Positions 26,490 to 39,759 of a DNA stretch of 64,000 nucleotides are shown piece after piece (within the stretch, counting starts at the first letter, position 1; each line of letters starts with the position of its first letter). Under the pieces are notes generated by a model. The model did no database searches, was not told the origin of the DNA, and saw only the letters and a program-made list of their open reading frames with translations. The stretch lies in assembly GCA_036172245.1 (NCBI GenBank), contig JAYWIR010000016.1:3782001-3846000 (forward strand), read 5' to 3'. Made by a program: the position numbers and the translations under genes. The stretch is from Raillietiella orientalis (lineage: Eukaryota).

Positions 26490-26524
26490 TTCCCGGAAGT
26501 GTAAAGTGAAAGTGAAAGTGAAAG
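26490..26524 (+). promoter_or_regulatory. Adjacent STAT-type (TTCCCGGAA) and IRF/Blimp1-type (AAAGTG)3 motifs
   Basis: ttcccggaa gtgt aaagtg aaagtg aaagtg aaag. Motif match only. Confidence 0.25.
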
Positions 26525-26769
26525 CCGTGCTCCCTTGCGTCCTTCTGCGCGATGGGAAGGGACCGCGCCAACGACTGGAGCCACCTGCGTCTCCACGGAA
26601 GGCTCTCGTGATAGCCCCCCGCTCTGCAGATTCCCCTTGCTCCGAGACTTTTCTTGTTCTACGCTCACCCTCGGACGCTCCCTGTGCGAAGAGTCCTATG
26701 TCTTCCGTGATGGTCCATTCGGCACCGGAGGAATGCTACCGGAAGACATAAACGAGAATTCCAATGACG

Positions 26770-27300
26770 CGGTCTTTTGATGTGCTTTCAGGTACCCCCG
26801 GAATTCACGACTCCGTCATCTTGAGCGTCATTCTGGAGCTCCCGAAGGACGCTTGGCCTTTGCAGCACCGGGCACTGTACCTCCGGGGAGACGTAGCCAG
26901 CGTGGCTTGCAACGCTCCCGTCGTGGAGGAGGGGTTCCTTCCCCAATTTGGGGGGGAGAGGAGCAGCAGCAGCTGCAAGGGTCCATCGCGCCCAATGCCG
27001 CACGCCTCTTTTCCCGATGCCTCCCGCCGAAAAACCCTGCTTCCGGAGATCTGAGCGGATCCTCGAGAGGGTGGGGAATCTGTTGGATCGATCGCGTCGA
27101 AACGAGGACTTCGCATCGATCGGGGCTCCTCCCCGGCCGCTCCGCTCTTCGGACACGCCAGGTCTGCGACCCCGAGCCGAGATCCATCGCGGACGGCTGA
27201 TTTATCTTTGATGCGTTCCGGCGAAGATGGAGGGAGGCTGGTGACGTCACGAGGAGGCGCGCCCGGCACGCTCGCCCTGTACATTACATCGACAACGGGG
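26770..27300 (+). pseudogene. Degenerate NACHT domain
   Basis: VLSGTPGIHDSVIL (Walker A remnant, 26782-26823), AWPLQHRALYLR, FIFDAF (Walker B, 27201-27218) and LVTSR (27238-27252; close to Walker B, which implies a deletion). Confidence 0.45.
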
Positions 27301-28779
27301 CTCTCTGGGAAACTGCTCCTGCCCGCCCCGCGCCGTGCCGCAATCGCTCATCCCAAGTCCCGGCTTCCGCGGGGTCCAAGGAAGCCGCTTGGCTGCTGCA
27401 CCTGCGCGGTCGCAGCTTCCGGGAAAGCCGCTAGAAGCCTCTGCGTCTGCCAAAGGGTGTGCGCTCGAAGTGGAGCCGGCCAAGGGCAAGCCAGCCAGCA
27501 TTCCCTCCCATAAATCAGCGCGGTCTTCCTCTGCTGTGCTGCTGCCATCCTTCCGTCTTCGCTCGGGGGGAACGGCGCTGGCCAATTTTCTTTCAGGGTT
27601 TTTGTTTTGGTTTCGCACACCGCGATTTATGGGGGAGGAGGAAGAGGAGGAGGGGACGGGTCGCGGTCTCCGAAAATTCTGCATGGAGACGGGAAGGGGT
27701 GTGTGGTAGCCGCGATTTCTGCTTGAGCCCGGAAATCCTCTCTTCTGCTCCACGGTCTTCGCACGCCCCCAGCGCGTGGGGGCGGAGGAAGGTCTGCTTG
27801 TCCGCTCCCCTGCGCTTTCCCTCCAAGAACTCGCAACGCGTGAGACGACGTCACCCCCCAACTCCCTCCAGCCTTGGGGCGATCCGCCGCACGGGGCGAC
27901 GGATGGGAGGAAGCAGAGGAAGGGGCGACTGTGGACCCTCGGCGGCAGGCGTTTCGTACCGTGCAGCACGCACGAGAAAACGGGAATTCGATCCCTGTTT
28001 CCCTCCCCCTCCCTCCCCCCTTTCCCCGACTCGCTCCAGTGCCAACGAAGCCAAGGGAAGGCTTTTTTCCTTTTTTTTGCGTGAGATCAAGAAAAAAAAA
28101 AAAAATCCCGGAATTCTTCTGCTTGAGTCCTTGTGTGCCGGCGAGCGAGCTGGCGCTCCGGGGAGAGGGCAGATCCGCACGTTACCCGCACCTTCGCTGA
28201 ACCAAGCGGAGGGAAGCACCAAGGAAACGGAAGCGATTTTTCAGGAGAGCCGAGCACCGATGGTCGATTCAGGAAGAGCAGAAGTCGAAAGGCTCAGGCA
28301 GGGGCCTCCGGGATTTCGAGGAGAGGACCTTCCGAGGCACCTGTGAAGCAGCTGCTCACCAAGCCTGGATGCTGCGCTTCGAGAAGGGAATCGGACCGAA
28401 TGATTCCCGAGACAAGTTGTTCCGGAGAAGGGATTTCGGAGTTCTCGGAGGGAGGGTGGGAGAGACTCGGCATGGGTGCGACTGGAATCATCCCTTGAGA
28501 GGAGTTGTCGGTAGACAAGGTCCAAGAAGAAGCGGGAACCAAACGAGCACGTTTTCAGCATCCAGGAAAAAGGACGACGCCTTCCGTCAGAACGGGAAGA
28601 GCTCCGATGCACTCAGCACTGTGGATCCACGAAGAACGGAGTTCCCGGCCTGCCCACGGACGATCGCACCTCTCGGCGGCGGACGTCCGCGAGATGCCGC
28701 TGATAGGTGAACGACGAATCCAGTCTCCCGAGGCTTGGACGGCGAGACGAAGGAGACGAACATTTTCTCGCAGGGAGGA

Positions 28780-30450
28780 TTTCGCGGTCGTCCTCACGGA
28801 AGCGGCCGGTTCCGGAAGAAGGAAGGACCAGAGGTGGCTAGAAGACAGATGAGGCGAAGGTCTTTTTCCGAAGGGAAGCGAAAGAAAAAAGATGCAGCGA
28901 GTGGGAAGTTCGGGAACTACCAGCATTCCCACCTGGAGCGACCTATCAGAGGCTTCTTGGGCGATCCGCGTCCGCTGCCATTACGCTGGGGTGCTCCAGC
29001 ATAATGCAGCCCGCAAAGGTTCCTGCTGACAGCTACGATCAATCAGCAGAGCAGGGGAATGCTGTCAGTTCCATAACAGTCAAAAATCTTCGCTCTAAAA
29101 ATATAAGACCTCCAAGCGACTTGAAATGGGTGCCCACAACACCAAGATGAAAACCAGCTGTCATCGAGTACTCTGTCAGGCGAGTCAATCTCCAGATTCT
29201 CTTGCTATGCGACCACAGCATCCGGCGTTGCTTCTCTGCCGGCATAAGTCGTCAAGGAAATGCTCCATTTCTCAGGTGTGCACTTGGCTGGAGTTTCCTA
29301 AGCTGAAGATCCTGGCAGCCGGCAGTTACGGGGGCTGGTGGAAGAGCCAAGTTTTTCCAGAGAGTTCTCCGGATCGAAGCAATCTGCCTGGTCCCCAATG
29401 CGACCTCAGAAACCTCCACCGGTGGAACGGTTCTACCACAGCGTTGTTTGCTCCAACGTCTCTCAAAAGCTTTCACTACTGCACTTTTCCAGAGCAGTAA
29501 TTCTTTAGGTTACACCATGCGCCCTTGAGAACACCTGAGAAAGAAGGACGAAGATGTCTCTTTTGCATTCCAAATTCGAACCGGTGCAGGCACTTCATGT
29601 GAACCACTTGCACTGCAGAAGAGCCAGACCGACCAGGGCTGAGGGAGGTTAAGAAAGGTCTCCTGGCTAGACATCTTCGGCCTTCTTCCTGACCACAGTT
29701 ACGACATTGCCGACATCCTTGTAGACAACTGCATTAAGGACAGGCCGAAGCTCCCATGGAAACAGCTTCCGAACCAGCAGCTTGCTGTCTTCAGAATGAA
29801 ATCAGCAGTTACCGGGATTCTGTGGCAACCTCTCCCAGTAACCAATTTCTCCCTGCCTCGATTCTATTGGAGCGTTCCTGAATTCGTTCGAAAATCGAGA
29901 AACAGTAGGAGGAGAGCATCCCGTCCCCAACAAAGAAGATGAATTATCGAAAGATCTAGAAGCTAATCTACTGAAGAAGAGTAAGGAATTGCATTCCTCC
30001 CTGGCAGCAGTTGAGCACACTCGCGCTGATGGTGCGAAATGGCTTGCGGCCACGAGAAAGCTGCTCTTCGATGTTCCGAAAGCGACCGACGCACTCGCGT
30101 TCCGCAAGTCTTCTCAGGATGGGTTTCTTAGCGGTCCGCGTCGCCCTGCATCACCTCATCACCATCTGCTGCTGAGATGGTACCATGTGCAAGGAGAGAT
30201 CGCGTGTGCTGGAACCGATCTGCTGCTGATGAAATGCTGAAATCCACAACAGGGGCATCTCCGATGGTCAGATCTTCTGACAGGTCATCCAGCCGCTGGA
30301 CCCGTGGCAGAGGAGAAAAGATGAATACTCTAGGGAGCAAGAAGAGGGGAAGCCGCGAACAGAGGAGGGCGAGGGCGAAGGGCGAGTGGTTCCAAGTTGT
30401 ATGGTTCCGATCCCACGGACTCCGGAGGCGAAGGATGCAACCTCCTCATC
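28780..30450 (+). pseudogene. Degenerate NACHT/NLR-like gene
   Basis: AVVLTEAAGSGR (Walker A, 28784-28819), QILLLCD (Walker B, 29193-29213), EFPKLKILAAGS (sensor-1-like, 29291-29326), VDNCIKDRPKLPWKQL (family motif, 29721-29768), RKLLFDV (~30055). Multiple frameshifts. Confidence 0.55.
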
Positions 30451-33400
30451 CTGTACCACTTCCAGCGCGTATTGCGTACCTCCAGGTCATTGCGCTGCAG
30501 ACCGGGATCCCCTAGTGCAGATGGCGCTAGGCGACGATCCCAAGTTTTAAATGACTCCGTGAGTGCGATTTCCTTTGTTCTCCCGTGCTCCTTAGCGCCC
30601 CGATCGCTCTTCCGCGACGCCGTGATGGATCCACTCCCCTTCCGCGCTTCTCGCTTCCTGCTCATGAAGAGCAGCAGCGGGAGGAATCGGTTGCCAGGGA
30701 ACAGTGAGGATATACCCGAGACTTTTTCTTCTCCGACTTCTCACGTAGCTCATCCGATCGAGTGAAACCATCCTGCAAGAAAGCTCGCCGCCTCCTCTCT
30801 TCTTCCAGAGGAGTTTCCTGGGCAGCAGTTCTCTCGGACCCGCCCTCCCTCCGTCAATGAGACTCGGATCTTCCTTTCGGCGCGGCTCCTCCCGAGTAGG
30901 CGCAGGAACGGGAAGGCCCTCCTGCCTGTCGGGAAAAGACTTTTCCGGACTCCAGGAAGAATTTCGGAATTCTTCCTTCCTCCGTTCCTAGGGAAACCGA
31001 GTGTCGGTCTTCGGGATTCCCTTCAGCCCATTGACATCCCGGGGGTACTTTTTTTTCAAGAGCTGAAACCTCTTGCGAATTCCGACGGAACCACTTTGGC
31101 GAGATGGGGGCGTCTCCCAACGCCCAGAGGAGCGTGGATCTCCCTGCAAACCGCCCGCTGCAGCCTGTGCGGACGACCCTCCTCGAGCAAGTTCAGGAAT
31201 CCAGGAGAAGACCACACCCGCTTGATAGAGTCCCGCGATGCCAAAAGCGAAGGGAGCAAAGACAGGGGAGCTCTCTTCCCGGACGGGATGGAAGTGCCGG
31301 CTAGTGGTCCGTTTCCAAGGAGGATGGATGGTCGGTCGCAGGGGAGGAAGGCAGATCGAGCCATCTGGCGGCTGGATTTCCCTACCCCGCGAAGTTGCTC
31401 TCAGAGTGGCAGGCTCAGCGAAGAAGGAGGATGGAACACCGCTTCCGGTGGAGGCTGCAGGCTATAAAACGACATCAGCTACCCTTTCGCAAGCTCTGAA
31501 TGGACAGTGCGGCTCGCCGGGACGCCCGAACTCGGACTGCCGGGCGCCAACCATTTTGGCAAGCAGAACTGAAGCTGCAGGACGAACCGAGCATTCTGTT
31601 GAGGCGCTGGGTTGCCACGTGGAAGACGCCGGGACCGTGCCAACCGTGGAAGTTGTTAGCGACCCACCTGCTGAGGCAGTGGGTCGCGCTCGAGCATCGA
31701 GCCCACGACAAAACCCTTCCTGCTCTCTGGCGTGCGCTGGCGCCGTCGGAGGACAAAATGTCGCGACGGCGAGGTTGGGGCACGCCAGAATGGCTCGGCA
31801 ATTGGCCCCATTGACACGCTGGAGGTCGGACGTGGAGTGGCGATCCATACAAACAGCGGCTGAATGTGTTCCAGTCCATCCTGAGCCTCCGGGCTTGACT
31901 CAGCAGCTCACAGCTCGAGTGCCACCTCCGAATAGCGGAGGAAGGTTGCGGACCACTCCCCTCCGGAGGGAGAGAGGCCGGATGGATTAAGGCCGGACGA
32001 AATTCCCTCCTACCTGTAGCCGATGGGCAGATCTTCGTCAAGATCTTCACTGTCCATCATCTCTGATCTGGCTGGTAGACCCACCTTCCTTCGTCTTTCA
32101 GAGTCTCTCAGTGCCGGCTTCCGCGACATCCCAGCGACAGATTGGTCTGGAACCGCGTACCGCGAACCCAGAGGAACCCATGTCACCTTTTTCTGGAGGA
32201 ATCTGGACAGGTCGATCTGACCTCCTTCGGGAAGCCGTCGCCGCAGCTTTCCCTTCTTCCATAGGCTCCCGAATCCGCGCAGCCTCGATCTCACTTGAAG
32301 AGGAGGAGGGTCGCTGTTATCAAGTTGTTTTCTGCATCTTCCGCGGTCCGGATGTTTTCCCGGATTTATAGCCCGATGTCACGGAGGTTGCTAAGGAGAC
32401 TCGTAAACCACTCTCTGGCAATCGTGTTTTCTGTTTATCGCGTTGCATGATTTTTTCATCTCCGTGCCAGATCCGCGACATGCTCCTGAAGATTTCCGCC
32501 TCTTCTCTCTTCTTCTTCTCCTTCCTTTTTTTTTACAGAGAAACATCAATGGTCCATCATTTTTTCAAGATGCTGCGCTCATCTCTACGAGTTTTCGGCG
32601 CCGAGAAAGCCGCATAGCTTTCTCTATGCTTTAAGCTTATTTACAGCCGCGTTTTCCAAAATCCCGGTTCCCACCTCACGTCTTCCTCTCCATTTGATTA
32701 AGTGCGGGAACGTTGACATGGAAAAATCGCCAACCTTCCTCTCCGAAGTGCACCCAGCGTCTCTCTCTGCCGACGAGCGCTCTCTTGCCGAGAGCTTTCG
32801 AGAGGTGGCGTCCACAGCGCCCCACCTCGCAAAGCCATCTCGGGGCGGAACAACGTTTTCCTCCCTCTATCCGTTTCCCACCACCTCCACGACTACAGCG
32901 ACACCCCTAGCGGCCTTTTCCTTTGGGGAGAGGAAGGGTCCTTCGACCTGCAGAGGAGGCGGCGACGGAAACGAATGCTCCTCTTCCTCCTTAGCAGCTC
33001 CACCCGCAGTGAAGCTGCAGAAAACCATCAGGTCGGCGCTCGCCACCCGTCCAGGAGTCGCGCGGCAAACGCCCACCTCCGAGCTATTCCATGAAGTCCG
33101 CGTGTCGACTTCCCTCCTTGACCACAGGCCCTTCCCGTCTCGTTCTGCCACCGAGGCCGAAGAAACCGGAGACCTCGGATGCGCGCCCTCACACGAGCAC
33201 GGCCGCTCCGGCCAGCCTCGACGTCGGGAGTCCATGAACCCACGGAAGCGGCGCATTGGGTTCCGGAAATTTCGACGCTCGCACGAGGGAGGTCAACCCC
33301 TTCCGGTGCCGGTGGTGGACACAAACCCGTTTCCACCCTCCCCGTTCTCCGCTTGCGTTGTTGCCCGGAGACGCGCGCGTCACCTCAGGCTGAAGAACGG

Positions 33401-34349
33401 CCGGCATCCGCAAGCCTCGAAGATCGTCCGATGTTCGGAACGGACACGCGCCTCATGACTACCCTCCCGTGACACTTCCGCGGCCTTTCGCCGCACACGG
33501 GTCACAGAGCGTTCGCGGACGAGACTCCCCACCCATCCCATGGCACCACGGACGTCCCGTCTCGTGAGGAGATCCCCACCCCTCCTCCTCTCCCACCAAG
33601 TCGGGGCTTCCTCTGTGGCGACAGCACTCCAGCTGGCTGCCGCCGACCCCGGGGCACCACGGACCGAGGGATCCGCCCCTTCCTTCCCAACTGGCGGACT
33701 TGGAAGCCTCAGGGGGCGTTTCCGGTGGGTCAGTTGCGCACGCAAGACCAAAACGGCGACCCCTTTCAAAGAGCCGGCACTTTGGGGGCTTCCGGAGCGC
33801 CTTGAAGACGCACCCCCCCGAGAATCCGGGGTCGCAGCCATTCCGTGGGAGAGGGAAAAGGAAGATGGACCGCTCCCAGCCCAGCAAGCTGCCCGCCGAA
33901 ACCTGGCAAAGAAGCTGGCCGTTGGGGAAGCTGGAGGCTTCCCCCTGCGCCCAACGCATTTCCAAATGCCTGCGCGTCCGCACTCACGCCGGGCGAACCG
34001 ACAAGTCGGGGGTGCGATTCCTGGAGGAAAGCGGGAAGCAGTCCAAGGGGAGGGTCCGCCCGCACGCAGGTCGGCCGCACTCAAAGTCCGGAACGGGCCG
34101 GAGGGCGCAACAAGGGAATCCACAAGAGGGAATGAGACACGCAGAGGGGGCTCCGGCTGCAGCTGCCTTCTTTCGCCCAACACCGGCACCGGGCGCACGG
34201 GCCGCCCGACGCGACTCCCTCCTTCCGGCAGGCGGGGTCACCACGCCGCCTCCCCCCTCGCGCGGGCGGCCGCCATGCGGGCAGCCTCCGCTCGTGAGGA
34301 ATCTCCTCAGCGGACCCTTGGCGGTGCCCTCCTGGTGCGGAGAGCTCCC

Positions 34350-35300
34350 AGAACAGTCCATCCTCAAGGGAACCGCCGCTGTCTATCGAGGGAAGCGTAA
34401 CGGCTCGGGGACGAGGTTGCCCCGGAAACGAAGTTCCGACTCCGGTCTCAGCGGACGCTCCCGTGTGCAAGCGTTCCCGGACGGCTGGCGTTGGTCCTGG
34501 AGACGCCCAGCCGGGGATGAGGCAGAGGCGCCACTCGGTCCAGTGGCTGCATCCCCCTCCCCTTCCTTGCACAGAGCTTTTCCTCCACTCTCCGCGCTTC
34601 CCTCCCGGATGATCCGGGACGCTCTGCGGCTTTTTCTCTTCGAGCCAGCGGTGGACCGCTCCGTTTGGTGACCACCTCTCTCCGCGCTTCGAGGTGCCCG
34701 CCCTTCCTAGGCCCCGTGCCTTCACTCCATGTCCGTCGCTCTGCCCTCGAATCACTGAGCGTTTCTGGTCCTTTCTTGGAGCCTTCACCCTCCTTGGCTC
34801 CTCCCTGTCTGGTTTCAGTTGGTGGCCGGTGCCTCCCACCGGCTTCTGCCACTGCCCGCCCCATATGGCTCCGCCTCCCTGCGCTTCTCAGCATGGCGAG
34901 GTCGCTGGATTACCGACCCTTCCGCTCCGGAGCTCCGATCCCAGTGGGTGCCCTCGGATTCGCATCGACCCGTGGAAAGAATGGCGCCTCCCAACACGTC
35001 TCTCCTTCTCGTCTCGTGGCGACGCGAGGATGCGGGAACGTCACGTCCCGAGGTGCCCAGAAATGGTCCCTCGGACGCCCCACCGGCTCTCGTCGCGGAC
35101 TGCCCCCAAGGGAATCCCCGCATCCATTGAGTCCGGGGCGCTCTCCATGTTCGCGTCTATGGGGAGAGTCCAGGATGGGTCTAGCTGGGCGTGTCCTGGG
35201 CACCGCTGCCTGTTCTGCAGGCAGCCGGTCGAGGAAGCGGCCGTAGGCGACGCGCAAGAGGAAGGAGACCTCCAGCGGGTGGGCGTGAGGATGAGGGTGA
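34350..35300 (+). pseudogene. Degenerate NACHT domain, partner of the 14.1-15.1 kb copy
   Basis: SILKGTAAVYRGK (Walker A remnant, ~34356-34395), ALRLFLFEPAVD (Walker B remnant, ~34620-34655), LPPASATARP (sensor-1) and SLDYRPF. Confidence 0.4.
34831..35280 (-). repeat. 450-bp repeat, inverted copy of 14100-14549
   Basis: Same manual alignment. Near-identical peptides (MARSLDYRPFRSGAPIPVG...) appear in the ORF track at both sites on opposite strands. Confidence 0.97.
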
Positions 35301-35379
35301 AATGAACTTGCACCCACACTGCTTGTTTGGCCTCCTTCTGCTTTTGGTGTTTCCATAAAAACACGAAAATTCCCTTTGG

Positions 35380-36560
35380 AACATCCGAGGAAGAACGGAA
35401 AGATTGAACTCCTCGAGCCGCTTTGAGCAACGGAATCTTTGCCTACGGAAAAGATTCTGCCCACGGACAGGCCTTTTATAGATCGACAAGGATTTCGCTT
35501 CCATTTTTTTCAATGCTGCGAGCGATGTCCAGGGGGTCTGCAAGATTCGTAAGGACATCAGAACTCGGTCCTTCTGAGTACCATGTTTCCGATGGCGCTA
35601 TTCGCTTGGAAGAATCCAACCAGTCAAGTTGGCGACCTCCCGGAAGACCGTTCGACTCTCATGAATGAATCTCCTTTTCTCCGATGGGATGTGAGGTCAA
35701 GTCAGCTCATTCTTTAGTGGGGCTGCGCATCCCTACGACCTTCTGCCATGTCAGATCAACTTGCAAAGCAGCATCAAAGATCCTGGCTGCCAGACAGAGT
35801 CCCGAATTCCTTCAATCTCCAGAAATCCTACTTGGTCTACGGCTCGCTTCTTCCGTGGGAGCTCTCGCTACCGGAGCTGCCAATTTTCCCTCCGGCTTTA
35901 ATCCTCCTTCGATCCTCTTCTGTCCGGGCAGCGGTCTCTTTTTCTCAGCAGAGGCAACTGCCAATTTATTCCGCTCTTTCGTTGCGGACCTGCAAGAGTG
36001 ATGCTCACGTTGCAAGGGGAGCGGCAGTTTCATTCTGAAGCGCTACTGATACCGAGTGACTGGGAAATGCAAACCGACATCGAGCACCAATCGCAAGAGG
36101 GTACGAAACGCCGAAACGGTGGCAGACCGGGACGCGAGAGCTTCTGAAGCCTCAAGCCATCTCGCTGGAAGACGCAAGACCGTAGCGGAAGTTAGGGTCT
36201 CGTGGGGAGCCGCAAACGACCGCGGCGAAGCGGAACGCGGACCGCCCGGAGCGCATGAAGTGACCAAAGCCAACAGCGCGCCGTTCTCGTGCACGGCCCC
36301 GCCAGAGAGCCGCAGCGCTCGCCAGAGCGGAAGCGCAACGCGCCCACCACCCCGGGAGGCCTCCCTGTTTTGACCCAACGGCCCGCACCAGGAGAGAAAG
36401 GAGTGATCCGGCAGCAGGCCCACCGCTGTCGAGCTGACTACACGCCGCCACTGCCCGCCCGACGCGCTGCGACCGGCAGGCGCCACCTTGGAGCCTCCGT
36501 GACGTGAAGAGACGGAGAGCGGAACACGCTTCACCTCCTTGGAAGGCTCTTTTGCTGGAA
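35380..36560 (+). pseudogene. Degenerate NACHT-like gene
   Basis: NGKIELL (~35394), SKILAARQSPE (~35775; aagatcctggctgcc resembles aagatcctggcagcc at ~29306), NFPSGFNPPSI and SPPWKAL (~36531). Confidence 0.33.
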
Positions 36561-37339
36561 AGCCCAGCGAGCACTTCGCTGCTTTCAGCCTCTCCCTGCT
36601 TCCTCCTTTCTGAGGGCGTGCATACTTCCGCAGCTTTTTGCGGCTTCCATCCCGGGAAAGGAAATCAATCCCGGAAAAGAGGAAAGCTCAAATCTTCGAG
36701 AGGCCCCGCAGGGGATCCACACCCAACAACACCTAGTCAGCCGGGTCAGTCCAATAAGTAAATGGGGCTCATTAAGGCACCATTCACTTACTTTCGTATG
36801 TTTATTGTTGCATCATCACCATGTTTATTGCTGTGTTATTATTCTTATCGTTGTATTAATTGCCCAACCAACGTCCGAACAATCCTGGATGAGTTGGCTG
36901 GGAGTCAGGCTGGTGAGCTCCGTCTGAAGCGGAAGGAGAGTCAGGAGTGCCAAGCAAACAAATAAGTCTGTCCCTGCGTCTGCAGGGGAGGAGAAAGGGC
37001 GGGTAGGCGAGGAAGGGCCACAGGCGATTCCCTGAAGTCACCTGAGGATCCTGTGCAGGATGCAGGCAAGTTCCATTCTTTAGCCCACCAGGTGGCCCCC
37101 CTCCCTTCCCTCAAGGAAGAAGTCCCCATGGCGATGGCGATCTCCCAGCTGCTCCCTGCGCCGAAGCAGAAGTGGGAGAGGGAGCTGCGACCGAGGCGGC
37201 AGACGTCGTAGTCGCTAAGAGCAGCCTTGACGTGTCTGCGGAGTTGTCCCGCGCGCGGCAGCCGCCCGCACACGCTGGCCGCACTGAGGGCTGAGCCGTC
37301 CGTACGCTCGAACGGCAAAGATGGGCGCCACCACCACGG

Positions 37340-39420
37340 TTCTTCTGGTCCGGTCGTGCTGGAGGGCGGGCGTTGCAAGAAAAGACTCCAGCGCTACAAC
37401 GGCACCAACGAGTGCAGCCACTACGGAGGAAGGAAGGTGGTCGTCACTGCCTCAGCCGTCTTCAGGTCTCACGGAAGGATTCGGACCCGAAGTCCCTTTG
37501 GCGATGCAACTGGGGTCGCTGCAAGTCGTCAGCCACCAGGGAGCTCCTCGATGTCCGGGACGTCTCACGTTATCTCCCACTTTCCCGGTTGGCCACTGTC
37601 ATTCCTCTTTCCCAGAGGAGACAGCTCTGGAGCAGAGGATGCTGGAGAGGCCCACATCAACCTTCCAGGATCCTGGACGACAGTCTTCGAGAGGGTGCAT
37701 TTGTCGAGATGTCGGTATGCATCCTGGTCTGGTCTCCGTGACCTCCCACGCGATTCGCTGCCTCTTGCAGTCAGGCACTGTAGGTTGTGGGTCTGTGCGC
37801 GATCCAGATGCTTTCCTTCACCGAAGTGACCATGTCACGAAGTGGGGGCGCCCCAGTTTTCCCCACCTTAATTGACAGCGATTGCCAACTCGCCCACCTT
37901 CCGCAGCCGGTCGTCGCTCGCCCCACTTGCCCGAGAAGGAGCCGATCTGAAACATCCCAGGAAGTCGCTGTCCTTTTCCCGAGAAGTCCCCATGGTGCAC
38001 TGTGGTGTTCTTTCCAGACAAGCGCTATGCAGCAGGGATGCTGCGTCTACACTTCCAGGAAATCCTCCCTTTGCCAGCTCTGGCGGTTTCGGCGAAGACG
38101 TGTGAGGGAAGGGGATTTTCCTCAGCCTCCTCCGTCTCCTGGACCTGCCCGGCTTGGCGGCTGCTGCTGGTTGCCGACGCCACACCTCATCCTCACGAAT
38201 CCTGACATCCCTGCGTCTCGTTTCCAGGCGCCAACCTTGCACTCAGTCCGTAGGTGCGCTCAGGCTTCACGCCGCACGCCCAGAGCGGATCTCTGGAGCG
38301 GCACATAGAGGGCGCTGCTGAATGAATGCACCTTTGTTCCCGACTTTTCCTGAAACCTATGGAGCAGTCGAGGAGACTCCCGAAAGGACTCCGCCACCGC
38401 CTACTTCCAGGGAGGTTCCGGGTACACACGCGACTCGAATCGCCTGCTCGCAGGTTCGCTTCCCTCCCTTACCCTCACGAGAGAGGGACTGGCCCTCTCG
38501 AAGTATGTTTCAGGAAACGAACGCGGCACCGAGTACCACGCGATCCTTGCGGGGCAGAAAGCGGCAGGCCCGCCCCGCCGACCCAGATCGCTTCGGTTCC
38601 CTCCCTCCTCCTCCCTTCCCTTTCCGATGTCATCCCACTCCAAACTCCAAGGCGCTCCGAGGTGCCAAACAAGGGTTTCAAAAGGACCCCTTGAAAAATT
38701 AGGGATCTCAACTCTGGGGTCATCGTTCCCTGATCGTGTCCCCTGTTAAGAAGAGTCCTTCCGGTCTCCTGCCAGGTATGTCGGTCCTTCGCTGACTCCT
38801 TTTTTTTTTTTTTTCCTTATTTACTTCACGTAGGGGGTCCGGAAATCCTGGATGAGAAGGGACACTCTGGGACGCCTGCTTGAACAAATAAACGTGCAAA
38901 ATGCAAACATGCATCCAGAAATTCCGCCGACGCCCAGGCCGGGATACAGCAGCAACAGAGGGGAGAGTGCGTCCAATGCGTGGGGAATGGGGAGTGGGGT
39001 GGGGGGAAGCAGCATGAAAAGAAAAAAAAAAGTGGGGAAGTCCAACGTGCCTCAATAAGCACGAAGCAAAAATGGGGATCACTGGGTGATGGGAATAGAA
39101 AGGAGAGGTTAAGAGTCTACGGGCGACCGAGGAGCGTGTTTTCCTGCTCGTGAATCAAAGAGGACGTTGTCCGCATCGCAGTCAGCGTCCCCTTTGATTT
39201 CCAGTCGAAGTTCAGGACCACTTCCCACGTTCCACGTCGAGAGGAGAGTGGGGGGTGGACGGAAACCCCTGGTGCCGCCGCTGTTCCACCGCGTGAAGGA
39301 CTACTTCACGGGTGCAGCACTGGATGGCGTGTGGACTACCGGACGGGTGTCCTGGAGGCTTGGAAGAACCGCCGCGAGCACTCTTCAGGGTGCCTGAAGG
39401 CTTCTCCCTCCTCCGTCGCC
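37340..39420 (+). pseudogene. Degenerate NACHT/NLR-like gene
   Basis: gtcgtgctggagggcgggcgttgcaag reads VVLEG.AGV(G)K across frameshifts (~37353-37380), then LIDSDCQL (~37868), CCVYTSRK (~38039) and PLFHRVKDYFTGAA (~39278-39320; compare FxHxxxQEYFAA). Confidence 0.4.
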
Positions 39421-39759
39421 ATCCACTGAGGAGAACCCAGCAGTCCACTGGCGGAGGCAGCGGTGACCCCATGGAGTCGCACAACTCGGGGACACTAGGC
39501 CCCTTCCGTACAGTGGCACCGTCGCACCTCTCGGGTCAACGGACACTGCGTGCAGTCTCCTAGGCTCCCATTGACCGCCCTGTCTGACGAAGCGAACAGG
39601 CATGGCGACAGGAGGCGCTTGGAACCGCAGCACCGAGACCTCACGATTCGTATCATCCACATCCCGGGAGCAGTCCACCGGAGAAAGCGGAGAGGGACAG
39701 GAAGAAGCGGATCCCAGCACGCCGCTGCCCTCCCGCGGGAAAAGCAACGGCGGTTGTCA

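Noticed and set aside
26782..26823. GTPGIHDSVIL resembling the Harbinger transposase PGxxHD motif
   Set aside because: No other DDE motifs; downstream FIFDAF and LVTSR fit a decayed NACHT better.
14100..35280. Inverted 450-bp repeats as terminal inverted repeats of a ~21-kb Polinton/Maverick
   Set aside because: No AG...CT termini or target-site duplication seen, faint homology continues on both sides of the tract, and no protein-primed polB, integrase or capsid ORF is recognisable inside.
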